A DNA stretch of 64,000 nucleotides from Octopus sinensis (Eukaryota), in NCBI RefSeq assembly GCF_006345805.1, contig NC_043003.1, positions 69,006,001 to 69,070,000 on the forward strand, read 5' to 3'. Positions 9,856 to 22,133 of this stretch are shown one piece after another (position 1 is the first letter of the stretch; the number at the start of each line of letters is the position of its first letter). The position numbers were made by a program, and so were the translations under genes. Below the pieces are notes generated by a model, which was not told where the DNA came from, searched no databases, and saw only the letters and a list, made by a program, of their open reading frames with translations.

Positions 9856-11835
9856 AATTAATTCTTTGCAACTCCGTTGCTAATTTAAACTAATATTTTT
9901 GTAGTTATGCTAAAGCAACATCATTTGGTATTATTTATTTATTTACTGCTAATATCATCGTTAACATCATCATTATCGTCATCAGCATCATCATCGTCGT
10001 CATCACTATCATCATCATCATCATCACAATGATCAATATTATTATTTTATCAGTTACCTCGTTCGTACATTTCCAGTTGGCTACATTCAATCAAAAATAA
10101 TTTGTTTTCTGTTTTTATCGAATATTTTTTTTCCTGACTACAAATTCAAAGCAATGAAATAAAGCAATTAATGAATTATACTTAAATTTATTTCTTTGAT
10201 TAATGAGCACCAAAGTACAGATGTACCTGTACCCACACGGAGACCTACAGTCGCATCATACATACACACATATATACATACAAACATACATACATACAAA
10301 GTTCCATGTATGCATACAAATATAAATACATATGCACATGTATACATACATGCATACGTGCATATATACATAAATACATATATAAATACATTGGTGGATA
10401 AATATTCTTTGATTGTGTATTAACAAGGCTATCAATGGTTTCACGAAGGTAGGGATTTATACAATTGATCAAGCGTACCACGTACGAAAGTTGGTACTCG
10501 ACTTCATTTTGGATGAGAATAAATGAAATTGCAAGGGACTGTACACGATTTCGATATGAATAAATATGCAGATCACCGGAGGTAACTTATAAAGAAATCT
10601 TATTTGGCGCGTCCTTTGCAATAGTCCTGGGTTTTCGCAAGTAAGTACGTTCATACTGTTTTAGTTAATAAATTAATTCCTTATACAAACACATGTATAC
10701 ATACATGCAAACATAGCGCAAAGGATATTGAAGGAACATTCCCATCAAATCTTCTGTCGAGTGCAAATGTAACAGACCGATATACTTCTTTAGGATAGAG
10801 AAGAAAAGTCAAGTTCAGTCACAGAGTTTATCAGACCTACACATGTGAACATCTCTACCAAAATCTACGAGAAAAAGCATTTCTATGAACATGAGCTTCG
10901 AAATCTGCGGCACCATTACCGCGAGTATAATTTTTCTTTCATTCCGAAAATTATTGTTGCATTCAGTTACATTATTAAATATCTAAGCCACAGTCTGGAG
11001 AAGCTAGGATCTTCAAGTAAGAACTTAGTAAGAACTTTACAGATACAATCTGGAGCATTTGAAATATACAAGTCTTTCTTAATGTTCGATATGTAATAAT
11101 TATTTTTATGATCTTCGAAACTTCAATGATGGTGTTGTTGTTTCTTTGTTGTAAAGGAGGTCCTTCATTCTAAAAAGAATACTAATAAACAGAAATAAGA
11201 TATGCATAATAGTGTAGTTGACAAAGCTGTTTGCCAGTCACATTTTTCAGGGTTCATTTCCCCTGCACAGCCCGTTGCAGAGATACCTCCAATAACAACC
11301 CAATCCAAACAATGCTTTGAATATTGTATAAACATTTCATGCATGTGTTTATGTATTTATGTATTTATTTATTTCGGTAGCTGTGTATTGATGTAGGATT
11401 TATAATCTGGCTTTACTTTAACATACATTTATACATATATCAATAGTTTCGATTGCCCACATCCTATGCAGTGAACGTATCTCAATCTAGCTTCAGTTAT
11501 CGATTGTCAAAATCTCAATGGTCATAAATCTGTTCTGATTCTGTTATTTCTCTGTCGTTATACTTATAAATACAAATGTATTCAAGCGGTAAGTGGGTGC
11601 ATTCATGCTTGGTTCTATGGATGTTATAGCTTGTCGTCTTACATCCAGGATGCAGAAAATTTGCATAGCGGCAAATTTGAAATTCAATGCGAATTCACTA
11701 TTCTAGGTCTTTTCTGATACTTTGAAAAACAGAATTACTTGCATGTATAGGAAGATACATTAATACATAGAATCATGTAAATACGTATGTATTTGCATTC
11801 TTTATCTCATTCTGTTTATATATATATATATTATA

Positions 11836-11865
<30 letters not shown>

Positions 11866-11866
<1 letters not shown>

Positions 11867-12270
11867 GGCATAGGATGTATGGTAAGTAGCTTCCTTACAA
11901 ACCACATGGTTCCGGGTTCAGTCCGACTGCATGTCACCTTCGGTAAGTGTCTTCTACTGTAGCCTTGGACCCACCAGTGGATTTGGTAGACAGAAACTGG
12001 AAGAAGCCCGTCGTTTATATGTATATTTATATTTATATGTGTGTGTGTATGTGTGTATATGTTTGTGTGTCTGTGTTTGTCACCTCCCCGCCAACATCGC
12101 TTGACAACCGATGTTGGTCTGTTTACTTCCCCGTAACTTAGCGGTTCGGCAAAAGAACCGATAGAATAAGTACTAAGCTTACAAAGAATAAGTCCTAGGG
12201 TCGATTTGCGCCACTAAAGGCGGTGCTCCAGCATAGCCACAGTCAAATGACTGAAACAAGTAAAGGAGTA
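11866..12270 (+). mobile_element. SINE family A, full length
   Basis: Head, B-box gggttcagtcc, central TG tract, tail gactgaaacaagtaaaggag. Confidence 0.9.
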
Positions 12271-12292
12271 ATATATATATATATATATATTA

Positions 12293-12334
<42 letters not shown>

Positions 12335-12339
12335 GTATG

Positions 12340-12389
<50 letters not shown>

Positions 12390-12629
12390 CGTACATACAT
12401 ATATATATATACATATATACGTATGTATATATATATATATACACATATATATATGTATATATACATATACATACACGTATACATATATTTACACACACGT
12501 ACGCATGCACACATGTATATGTGTGAGTGTATATGTATGTATGTATGTATGCATGTATGTATGTATGTATGTATGTATGTATGTATGTATGTATGTAGAA
12601 GGTAGAAGAGTAACACACGAGTTGATATG

Positions 12630-12890
12630 TATAAGGAAAATAAGACAAGGTAGAAAATGCTAAAATAAATTTATCTTGAAGTACCTTTTAGTACCGGTTT
12701 TCACCTTTTAGACTTTTTCAACCGAGAGTAAAAGTTAAAAAAATAAGAAAAACAATTAAATTGGAGCAAAAAATTAAGTGAAATGTTTTGTAAGATAATT
12801 ATATACGTATGTCTTCTTTCCTCCAATCTAATTGTTTCTTTTTTCTATATTAGTCTTAGTTGAAAGAGTCTAAAAGACGGAAACCGATTA
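12630..12890. mobile_element. Head-to-head inverted PLE-end pair with broken HHR motifs
   Basis: About 12690-12770 is a diverged reverse complement of about 12820-12887; family shared with 27645-27790. Confidence 0.6.
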
Positions 12891-13225
12891 TATATATATA
12901 CATATTTGTAAATCGTAAAAATAACTGTCACTACTACTACATGAAACTAAAGATTGCATAGTTTATACATGACAGTACTAGTTCAATCAGAATGGACATT
13001 TAGTATTCTATCATTTCGTTATATTATATTATATTACATTATTATAAGATTGTAAATAAAATGTGAAAATCGAAGTTGGAATTTCTTTGAGTAATATAGT
13101 CTTCCATACACAGTTATACACATCCGTGTGTATGCATGTATGTATGTATGTATATATATATATATATATATACACACACATCTGAGTGTATGTGTATGTA
13201 GTGTGTGTGTATGTGTGTGTGTGTG

Positions 13226-13296
<71 letters not shown>

Positions 13297-13726
13297 TTTG
13301 CAAACAATATTTCCAGGATTTTCAACTCCAAGTTGAATCGCACATCAATATAACAACAACGAGTGTAAACTGGATTGTGATAATAGAATAAGCAGATGTG
13401 CTTGAAGAGGGCACAGCTTGGAATTTTCCTTACTTACATAATAGGTTAGGAAAATGTGTGTGTATGAGTGTATATGTGTGTATTTATGTATGCGTGCGTG
13501 TATGTCTATGTGTGTGTACACGTGCATGTGTGTGTGTGTATATAATTATATACGTATATGTTAAAAATACAAATAAGAAAATGTTTTGAGAACATGGACA
13601 AAAGAAAGAAAATATTTAGATTTTTAACAAAATATGCTAGTTTTCAATCTTTTTTAAGGCGATTAATTCGTGCTCTAAGAGACCTGAAAATAAATTGAAA
13701 TAATTTAAATGAAATATATTTTCCAG

Positions 13727-14124
13727 TTACTCTTTTATTTGTTTCAGTCACTTGACTGCGGCCATGCTGAAGCACCACCTTTAGTCGAGCAAATCTACCC
13801 TAGGACTTGGAAGCCTAGTACTTATTCTATTGGTTTCTTTTGTCGAACCGCTAAGTTACGGGGACGTAAATACACGAGTATCGGTTGTCAAGCGATGCTG
13901 TGGCGTCAAACACAGACACACAAGCATATACACACATACATATATATATATACATATATACGACGGGCTTTTTTCAGTGTCCATCTACCAAATCCACTGA
14001 CAAGGCATTGGTCGGCCCGAGGCTATAGTAGAAGACACTTACGCAAGATGCCACGCAGTGGAAATGAACCTGGAACCATGTGGTTGATAACCAAGCTACT
14101 TACCACACAGCCACTCCTACGCCT
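13727..14124 (-). mobile_element. SINE family A, full length
   Basis: Reverse complement of the 11866-12270 type. Confidence 0.9.
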
Positions 14125-14419
14125 ATAAAACTAAGCCACTGCGGGCAGTTCTACAAGTTAACATTACAAAATTCTTATATAAAATTTTCATTGTGCTGGT
14201 CGTCGGTTTCCTAGAGATAGAGAGAAAAATCATTAGCGACACAAGTTTAAATATCATACTTCGAGACTGATATATCGGCACATGCGCTAACAAACCACAC
14301 ACATACGTCTTCATACATGCACGCACATAAATACATGCACATTCTGAAAAATACTTTCTCATATAGATATATTCATGTACTTGTATATGAATATATCTGC
14401 AGTAACACATACATAAAGT

Positions 14420-14730
14420 GGAGGCGCAATGGCCCAGTGGTTAAGGCAGCGGACTCGCGGTCGGAGGATCGCAGTTTCGATTCCCAGACCTGGACGTTGT
14501 GTGTGTTTATTGAGCGGAAACACCTAAAGCTCCACGAGGCTCCGGCAGGGGGTGTTGGCGACCCCTGTTATACTCTTTCGCCACAACTTTGTCTTACTCT
14601 CTCTTCCTGTTTCTTGAGTAACGCTGTGATGGACTGGCGTCCCGTCCAGCTGGGTGGAACACGTACGCCACAGAAACCGAGAAACCGGACCCTTGAGCCT
14701 GGCTAGGCTTGAAAAGGGCGACGTAACAAA
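14420..14730 (+). mobile_element. tRNA-derived SINE family D
   Basis: A-box TGGCCCAGTGG, B-box-like gtttcgattccc; homologues at 26975-27210 and 39630-40020. Confidence 0.85.
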
Positions 14731-15533
14731 TACATAAACAGACAAAACATGAGCTCATTCACAATTTATATCACTAAACACATATACACACACCTAAATG
14801 CACTCTAAAATATATTTCATAATTATGTATACATACATCTATACAGACGTATAGATTAGTCGCACAGCAAGTATATACATAAACATAACATATTTTCGGG
14901 GTTTTTTCTCACATGCGCACACATTTCTAGCAGATAAACTGCATATCGTCATCGTCTTTTTGGAGTATTTTATTTAAAGTATAGTACATTCATATGGAAT
15001 CGAGGACTTGAGTATAGATTGGGCAAATGGACGACAAAAACAAAAGTATGGCTCTGTACTTAAGAGGTTCGCTTTGCAACTTACATGGTTTCGTAAACCG
15101 TAAATAGGAATATCACAGCATAATGCCTGTGTAGGCAAGTGCGATTTCAAACACCCCATTTCACTAGTAGACAGGATGATGATACTTAATGTGGAGCTCT
15201 AAACATACCAATTGCAATTGCATATCTAAATTTAGACACACACACACGATATATGTATAATATACAAATATATACATATATAACATATATATATACATAT
15301 ACATATATATATACATATATATTTATTGAAATGGATAAATGAATTATCTTGTTACGGATTATTCAAAATTTAACCGATACCTGGGTAGCAAAAATCACAA
15401 CAGAAAAACACGGTTGAGGTTACGACCATGGGGTTGCGCAACCGTGCCTTAGCGCGGATAATTGAAGTTTTATATATTTAGTGATGGGAAGAAATGGAGC
15501 TGAACGAAGATTCTACAAAATTCCTTTTTATTA

Positions 15534-15617
15534 TTTTCTACACATGTTTCAAAGGCTGCAAATTTCCAAATTCGGATTGAATAAGGAGACCATTTTGCAG
15601 CTTTCTCTTCAGGAAAA
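15534..15617 (-). ncRNA. Type I hammerhead ribozyme motif
   Basis: Reverse complement of 15737-15820. Confidence 0.8.
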
Positions 15618-15736
15618 ACCAGGAATATAAATCTCCAAAACAAATGAGCCCATGGCAAGGCACAAAACTGTCTCTCAATGTGCGTTTTGTTCGAATAGCT
15701 TGCTGCGCATTTGTTTTGGCGATTTATATTCCTGGT

Positions 15737-15820
15737 TTTTCCTGAAGAGAAAGCTGCAAAATGGTCTCCTTATTCAATCCGAATTTGGAAATTTGCAGCC
15801 TTTGAAACATGTGTAGAAAA
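15737..15820 (+). ncRNA. Type I hammerhead ribozyme motif
   Basis: ttttc CTGAAGA gaaagctgcaaa..tttgcagccttt GAAA catgtg TA gaaaa. 5-bp stem I, long stem II, GUA triplet. Confidence 0.8.
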
Positions 15821-15904
15821 TAATAAAAAGGAATTTTGTAGAATCTTCGTTCAGCTCCATTTCTTCCCTTCACTAAATATATATACATATATATATACAT
15901 ATAT

Positions 15905-16004
<100 letters not shown>

Positions 16005-17222
16005 CATATATATATGTATATATACATATACATACACGCATACATATACTTACACGCAAGCACGCATGCACGCACACACATGTATATGTGTGTGTGTATA
16101 AAGAAAGTGAGAGAGAATGGGAGGGAGGGAATTTGCATAAAGTCGCGATAAAGAAATATATGATGAAAGAATACAGTAGAAATGAGCGTAAACATGTTCT
16201 AACCATTATCACTTGTCGAACACATATAACTGTGTGTGTGTGTGTGCGTTCTCAGTTAAAAAAAAAAAACTTTGACATCGCATGAGAAGCACAAGAACCT
16301 GATCGATAGCCATAAACCGCACAATATCCTATTTTAGTTTCACCGAAAATATAATTTCCAACAGACACACAACAAACTTGTCGGAAGGAATGCTCGGTTA
16401 TATGAATGGCAATATTTGACTGGAACTTATTCTATCCACCCAAGAATAGCGATAAGCAAATTTGACTTAATGATATGAAATCCAATTTGACGAAATAATA
16501 TAGTAAAATGAATTTCGTCTGCTTCTCCCTTTTCTGTCAACGACCGACCTTTTTCCTAAAAGAATAATCTGACCTGTATTATTCTTTATTCCTTACACAT
16601 CAACACAATTCTCTACACGCTATAATTCATTCATTGTTTTGATTGAATTTCTCTTTTGCGAAGTTATACGTTTCGCCAAACGATATCGATTTCTCACACT
16701 GGCACAATTTGTCAGAGAAGTTATTTGTATTGTTGTCTCCTGAGAGATGGGAAGCAAAATAAAACCTGGCAAGATTTTAATTTAAGTCATCGAAGAAATA
16801 AAATCTATTCACGACTGTTTTTAGCCCAGATCTGCAGCATATCTGTATCACCAGTTTTGTTCCTTCTGTGGAATGATAATATGTTATTGTAATGTCTGTT
16901 CGTCTGTATTTCAAATGAATAGATGTAATTCATGTTGGAGTGATGCTGTGCAGTAGAGTAAGATGGCGTGTTTTTCATAGCAATGAATATGAAATACATC
17001 ATGTAACTGACATTGAATGTGTATACCAAGAAAAAAATCATAATGCTAAAAATTTTACTTTACTTTAAAAATTTTACTGGGTATATGTAATAACTACGTA
17101 GGCTTGGAAAAACCGGGTATATTCTCTATCAGGCTCAGTTTTTTAATGAATTATGTAAGTTTATATATATGTACGTGTAGGTGTGTGGGTGTGTATGTGT
17201 GCGTGTACATATATATATATTG

Positions 17223-17273
<51 letters not shown>

Positions 17274-17274
17274 T

Positions 17275-17337
<63 letters not shown>

Positions 17338-18332
17338 CATATATATACTATGTATTTATATTTATAAGAATATAGGTACGCATAGATATATACACAAATA
17401 CATTCATACATATATGTGTGTTTGTGTACATAACTATATATATATATATACATACATACATATTCTATACTGGTTTCTTCCTCGATTCTTCTCTAATTCC
17501 CTTTTTCTCCTCCTCTCTCTTTCACCGTTTTCTATCTGTCTCTCTACCCCTCTTTCTCTTTTTTCTTTATTTTATATTATCTTGTTGCTCACACGTGACC
17601 ATCATCCATCTTTCTTTTCCTCGCGTGACCATCGTCCATCTTCCTTTCCCTCACGTAACCATCTTTCTTTTCCTACACTGACGTTCAAAAGAACGGACGT
17701 GTTTTTTTTCCCTTTCTCTCTTCTATCTTTTTCTCTTTTCAAACAATTTTTTCTCCCAGCGTTCACTATATTCCTCTCGTTCTGGTCTAACTACCCTCTA
17801 TGTTTCTTTTCGTTCGCTTTCCCTGTATGTCTCCACTGTCATGTTTTTGTTCCCAACTTTGACTCCGCAGAAATCCGAAATTTTATGTTAGAATTTATGA
17901 GCAACTGTTTTTGAATACTCATATTGTCTTTGAATGCTCGAAATGAGAAACAGATAAACAGCCGACAACTGATAAAGGATCCTTTCTCTGTGTTTACCTG
18001 TCCTGTTTTCAATTTTTTTCTCGTTTACGTATTCAAGTCGTTTGTTTACGTATTTCATGTTATTTGCCCCGTTGGTGACGTCCTGTAACCATATATGTGC
18101 GTGTATAAATAGAAGGTTGCAATGTTTCACCAAAACAGAATTATAATGGTCATTAAATGTGACTAGGGAGTTTAAAACACCTATATTACTAGAAATAAGA
18201 ACTACACTTCCTTAATGTCGTGGTTAACACACATGTCTGAAAACATAAACTAGCAGAGACCAAGGTTGTCCGAAAAATACCGACCAAGAATTCGGAGAAG
18301 ACATACTGACGTCATCTCTATCTATCTACCTA

Positions 18333-18384
<52 letters not shown>

Positions 18385-18408
18385 TCTCTCTCTCTCTCTC
18401 TATCTACG

Positions 18409-18443
<35 letters not shown>

Positions 18444-18461
18444 TTATCTACCCCTTTATTC

Positions 18462-18655
18462 TTTTACTTATTTCAGTCATTTGACTGCGGCCATGCTGGA
18501 GCACCGCCTTTAGTCGAACAAATCAACCTCAGCACTTGTCCTTTGTAAGCCTAGTGCTTATTCTATCGGACACTTTTAATGGACCGCTAAGTTACGGGGC
18601 CGTATACACACCGACATCGGTTGTCAAGTGATGATGGGGGACAAACACAGTCTTA
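18462..18655 (-). mobile_element. SINE family A, 3' half
   Basis: tttcagtcatttgactgcggccatgctggagcaccgcc tail match. Confidence 0.85.
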
Positions 18656-18710
18656 CAACGTATATATATATATATTGTATATATATATATATGTATGTAT
18701 GTATGTATGA

Positions 18711-18772
<62 letters not shown>

Positions 18773-18774
18773 GC

Positions 18775-19322
18775 AATTAAGGGTAAAACTAATTAATTAC
18801 GAAGTAATCAATAAATTTCACCAAGTAGAATTCGGTATGAAAACAGGACCGTTATACGGTAATTTCTAGTAATACTAATATTGAGGGGTCAGCAAAAGAA
18901 ATGCATCACCACATACCGAAGTTCAGAAATAGCAGCCAAAATTTAAGCCATTTCTTCTACTTAAAACAAGGCTCTACCAGAGAAACCATAATACTTGAAT
19001 CTTATTCATCCAGGCAGAGGGTAACGTAACGAAAATCAATCAATATCCGATTATCCATAGACGCGCGTTTCGGAATCAGGATTTAAGTAAAGAATATCCA
19101 AAAATATAAACTTTACTAACCACATTCCTCTTCCTACTGATAATCGGATATTGATTGATTTTCGTTACGTTACCCTCTGCCTGGATGAATAAGATTCAAG
19201 TATTATGGTTTCTCTGGTAGACCCTTTTTTTTAAGTAGAAGAAATGGCTTAAATTTTGGCTGCTATTTCTGAACTTCGGTATGTGGTGATGCATTTCTTT
19301 TGCTGACCCCTCAATATTAGTA
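18775..19322. mobile_element. PLE-end-like sequence with head-to-head inversion, between (TA)n tracts
   Basis: Arms of about 183 bp at 18873-19055 and 19139-19322; the spacer holds a 5'-disrupted HHR on the minus strand (GAAGA ggaat..attcc GAAA cgcgcg TC). Confidence 0.75.
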
Positions 19323-20340
19323 TATATATATATATGTATATATATATAACAAAACTGGGAGGAAGGGAAGTGGGACGAAACGACGAATCGAATCGACCCT
19401 GACGCGAACGCGCTGTCACACAATAATGTAATAAATAAAATATATGCATGCATACAAACATATATGTACGTACCTACATCTACATGTATATATACATGCA
19501 TATATAAATATATATACGTGAGTACAGGACACTGCAACTAGACGTAGAACTCAACGAAAAACGAAAACGGACAAGCCATATTTTTACAACAAAAAAACAG
19601 AGACGAAACGGAAACGGGAAAAACATTTTTTACAACAGAAAAACAAGGTACAGGACAAACCACACAGGAAAAATCCCCAGTTCATCAGCTGTCTCTAGCT
19701 AACTCAAGCGTGTTTCGAAGAATAAAACAGGACACGACTCGTCAACTAGTCCTTCATTGCGAGAGAATTAAAATAAAATTGCCTCGCATAGGGCCAAAAA
19801 CGGACAAGAAAAACATGTGACAAAAACAGGACGTAAAAACGATACAAATGCAAAATAAAATACAAGATAAAAATACACGTACAAGAAAATACAAAACGAG
19901 AAATAAAAAGAAAATACAATACGAGAAATCAAAAGACAAGAAAACAAACGAGAAAAACAAAACGCTTTTTCTTGTATGTATGTATGTATGCATGTATGTT
20001 TCTATAAACGATAGAAACCTAAATTGCAAATAATTAGATTTTAGAAGTCGGAGTATATTCCAGTATATCCCAAAGAAGTCTGTGAGGAGAGCTCGTCTGA
20101 TAGTCTGGTTTATATTTGTTTCAGTTCAGTAATTGGATAAGTCACAGTATCACGGAGTAAAAACATGTAGGAAGCAAACGAAACGGAAGAATTCGTTCAT
20201 ATAATATTTAGTCTATATTACTTTGTTTCAATTTTATACACACGCACACACACACATATATACACATGTACATATGTATATAAATACATACATACATATA
20301 TATGCCTATATATATTTACAGGTATTTATGTATATATATA

Positions 20341-20382
<42 letters not shown>

Positions 20383-20803
20383 TATATATATGTATATATA
20401 TATCCATATATACATACATATATGTTTACACACACAAATATATATATATATCTGTGTGTGTGCGTGTGTGTATGTTTATAAGATCCAGGAATCGTGATGT
20501 AAGAAGAAAGTTAGCTTCAAGCAATCCGTATTAAATATGAAAAAGCAAAATTCAGGGACAATAGTGGTTTATTGAGACGGAAGACTGATATTTTTTTGTT
20601 TTCTTCGTATCGAAGAACAACAATAAGCTGAAAAAAAGTTCTTCTATTCCACGGTAGGCGCCCAGGATTGCCGGGTGTGCGAATAAGAATACAAGGGTTA
20701 CGGAGCATATGTATGCATGTATGTATGTATGTATGTTTGTATGTATGTATGTATGTATGCATGCATATAGGTATGCATTTATATATATACATATATATGT
20801 ATA

Positions 20804-20871
<68 letters not shown>

Positions 20872-21279
20872 TACATGTATCTGCATGTTCTCATTTGCTT
20901 TTAATTAATTGAAGTCTTTCTGTTAGAAAGTCTTTTCCGTTTAGAAATTGTATTTGTAATGTGCGTAATTTCATTTTGTTGAAAATTCTTATTTTTCAGA
21001 CTGTTGCTTAGGCTTTGGTTCACATAACCAAGTGTACCATTAACCATTTATTATTGGTACAAATGTGTATTTATATTATGGGTATAAAACTGAATGTTGT
21101 GAAGCATTTACCTGCAGCTATCCTCACCTTCTTTTATATTTGAAGGGATATTCACAAGAGCAGGGCAGTTGATTTCTACGACGGTACATACGCTTTTTCA
21201 TCTGGCCTAAAACAACAATATCCGCCCTGGTACGGTTATACTTGTTATATTTTCCATGTTTACGTATTATTACCTTCCA

Positions 21280-21475
21280 GTTGTTTCAGTCATTTAACTG
21301 GTGCCATTTTAGGGCAGCGCCTTAAAAAGTTTTACTCGAGGGAATCGAGCCCAGATCTATATTTGTCAGTTTGGTACTTATTTTACGGTACTTTTTTCGT
21401 GGATGCCGATCTGCTAAGTTATGTGAGCGTAAACACATCAAGCTTAGTGGGGACAAACATAGACACAAATACAAC
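21280..21475 (-). mobile_element. SINE family A, diverged 3' half
   Basis: gtttcagtcattt tail and gggacaaacatagacac match. Confidence 0.7.
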
Positions 21476-21493
21476 ACACATAAATATATATAT

Positions 21494-21543
<50 letters not shown>

Positions 21544-22133
21544 AGTATGTATATGTGTGTGTCTATGTGTGTGTATGTATGTATATATACACACATACAT
21601 ACACACACACATACACACATATATATATATATATGTATATATATATACTATTGTAAATGAAGTACAATCTTGCTTGCTTGCAATGTTACACCGCCAAATT
21701 GTCGCATAATGGGAAAATACTTTGAAAGTAAAATGCGCATTAAATGTGACTTTCCAAAAATTATTTTACAATGAGGTTACGAGGTTACGAAATATCTACC
21801 TATTTTTGAAGTCATTTTCACTTTAAAATATTTTTTAAATATGCCAAAAATATTTTTTAATGGTATTCACTTGAAAATAATTTTAAAAGAAACATTAAAA
21901 TATTGTCTGTTTAAAGAAAGCTAAAATATAAACACAATGTTCTTCTACTCGAAAGATTTGCTATTTTATCGGCTTGCAATTCGGCAGCACTTTCGTCATT
22001 TATCATGCCAACATTAATCAGTCATCATCTACTTATCAGTTAATGATAATGTTGAGTAAGAACAAGTGTTATGTAGTCGACAGTAATTTTAATTATTAGA
22101 GTATGGACGCAAGTATGGCTGTGTGGTAAGAAG

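Larger units (their letters stand above)
15340..15883. mobile_element. PLE pLTR (minus strand) with a head-to-head inverted partial copy
   Basis: 176-bp arms at 15471-15646 and 15708-15883 with 2 visible mismatches; homologous to the 3' region of the Naiad-like element at 1010-1300. Confidence 0.8.

Noticed and set aside
10572-10646. Possible micro-exon SPEVTYKEILFGASFAIVLGFR with a GTAAGT donor
   Set aside because: No polypyrimidine tract, no recognised homologue; expected by chance.
10845-11096. ORF with NISTKIYEK, reminiscent of a PLE thumb
   Set aside because: A single weak motif is not enough to call.
11500-11594. Possible exon IDCQNLNGHKSVLILL.. with a GTAAGT donor
   Set aside because: Short, AT-rich and unsupported by homology.
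14420-14490. tRNA-like sequences here and at 42923 and about 39950-40020
   Set aside because: They lack a complete acceptor stem and continue into repeat bodies, so they are SINE heads, not tRNA genes.
19660-19750. CTGATGA and GAAA on the minus strand
   Set aside because: The order and stems do not give a consistent type I, II or III hammerhead; probably a decayed PLE end.
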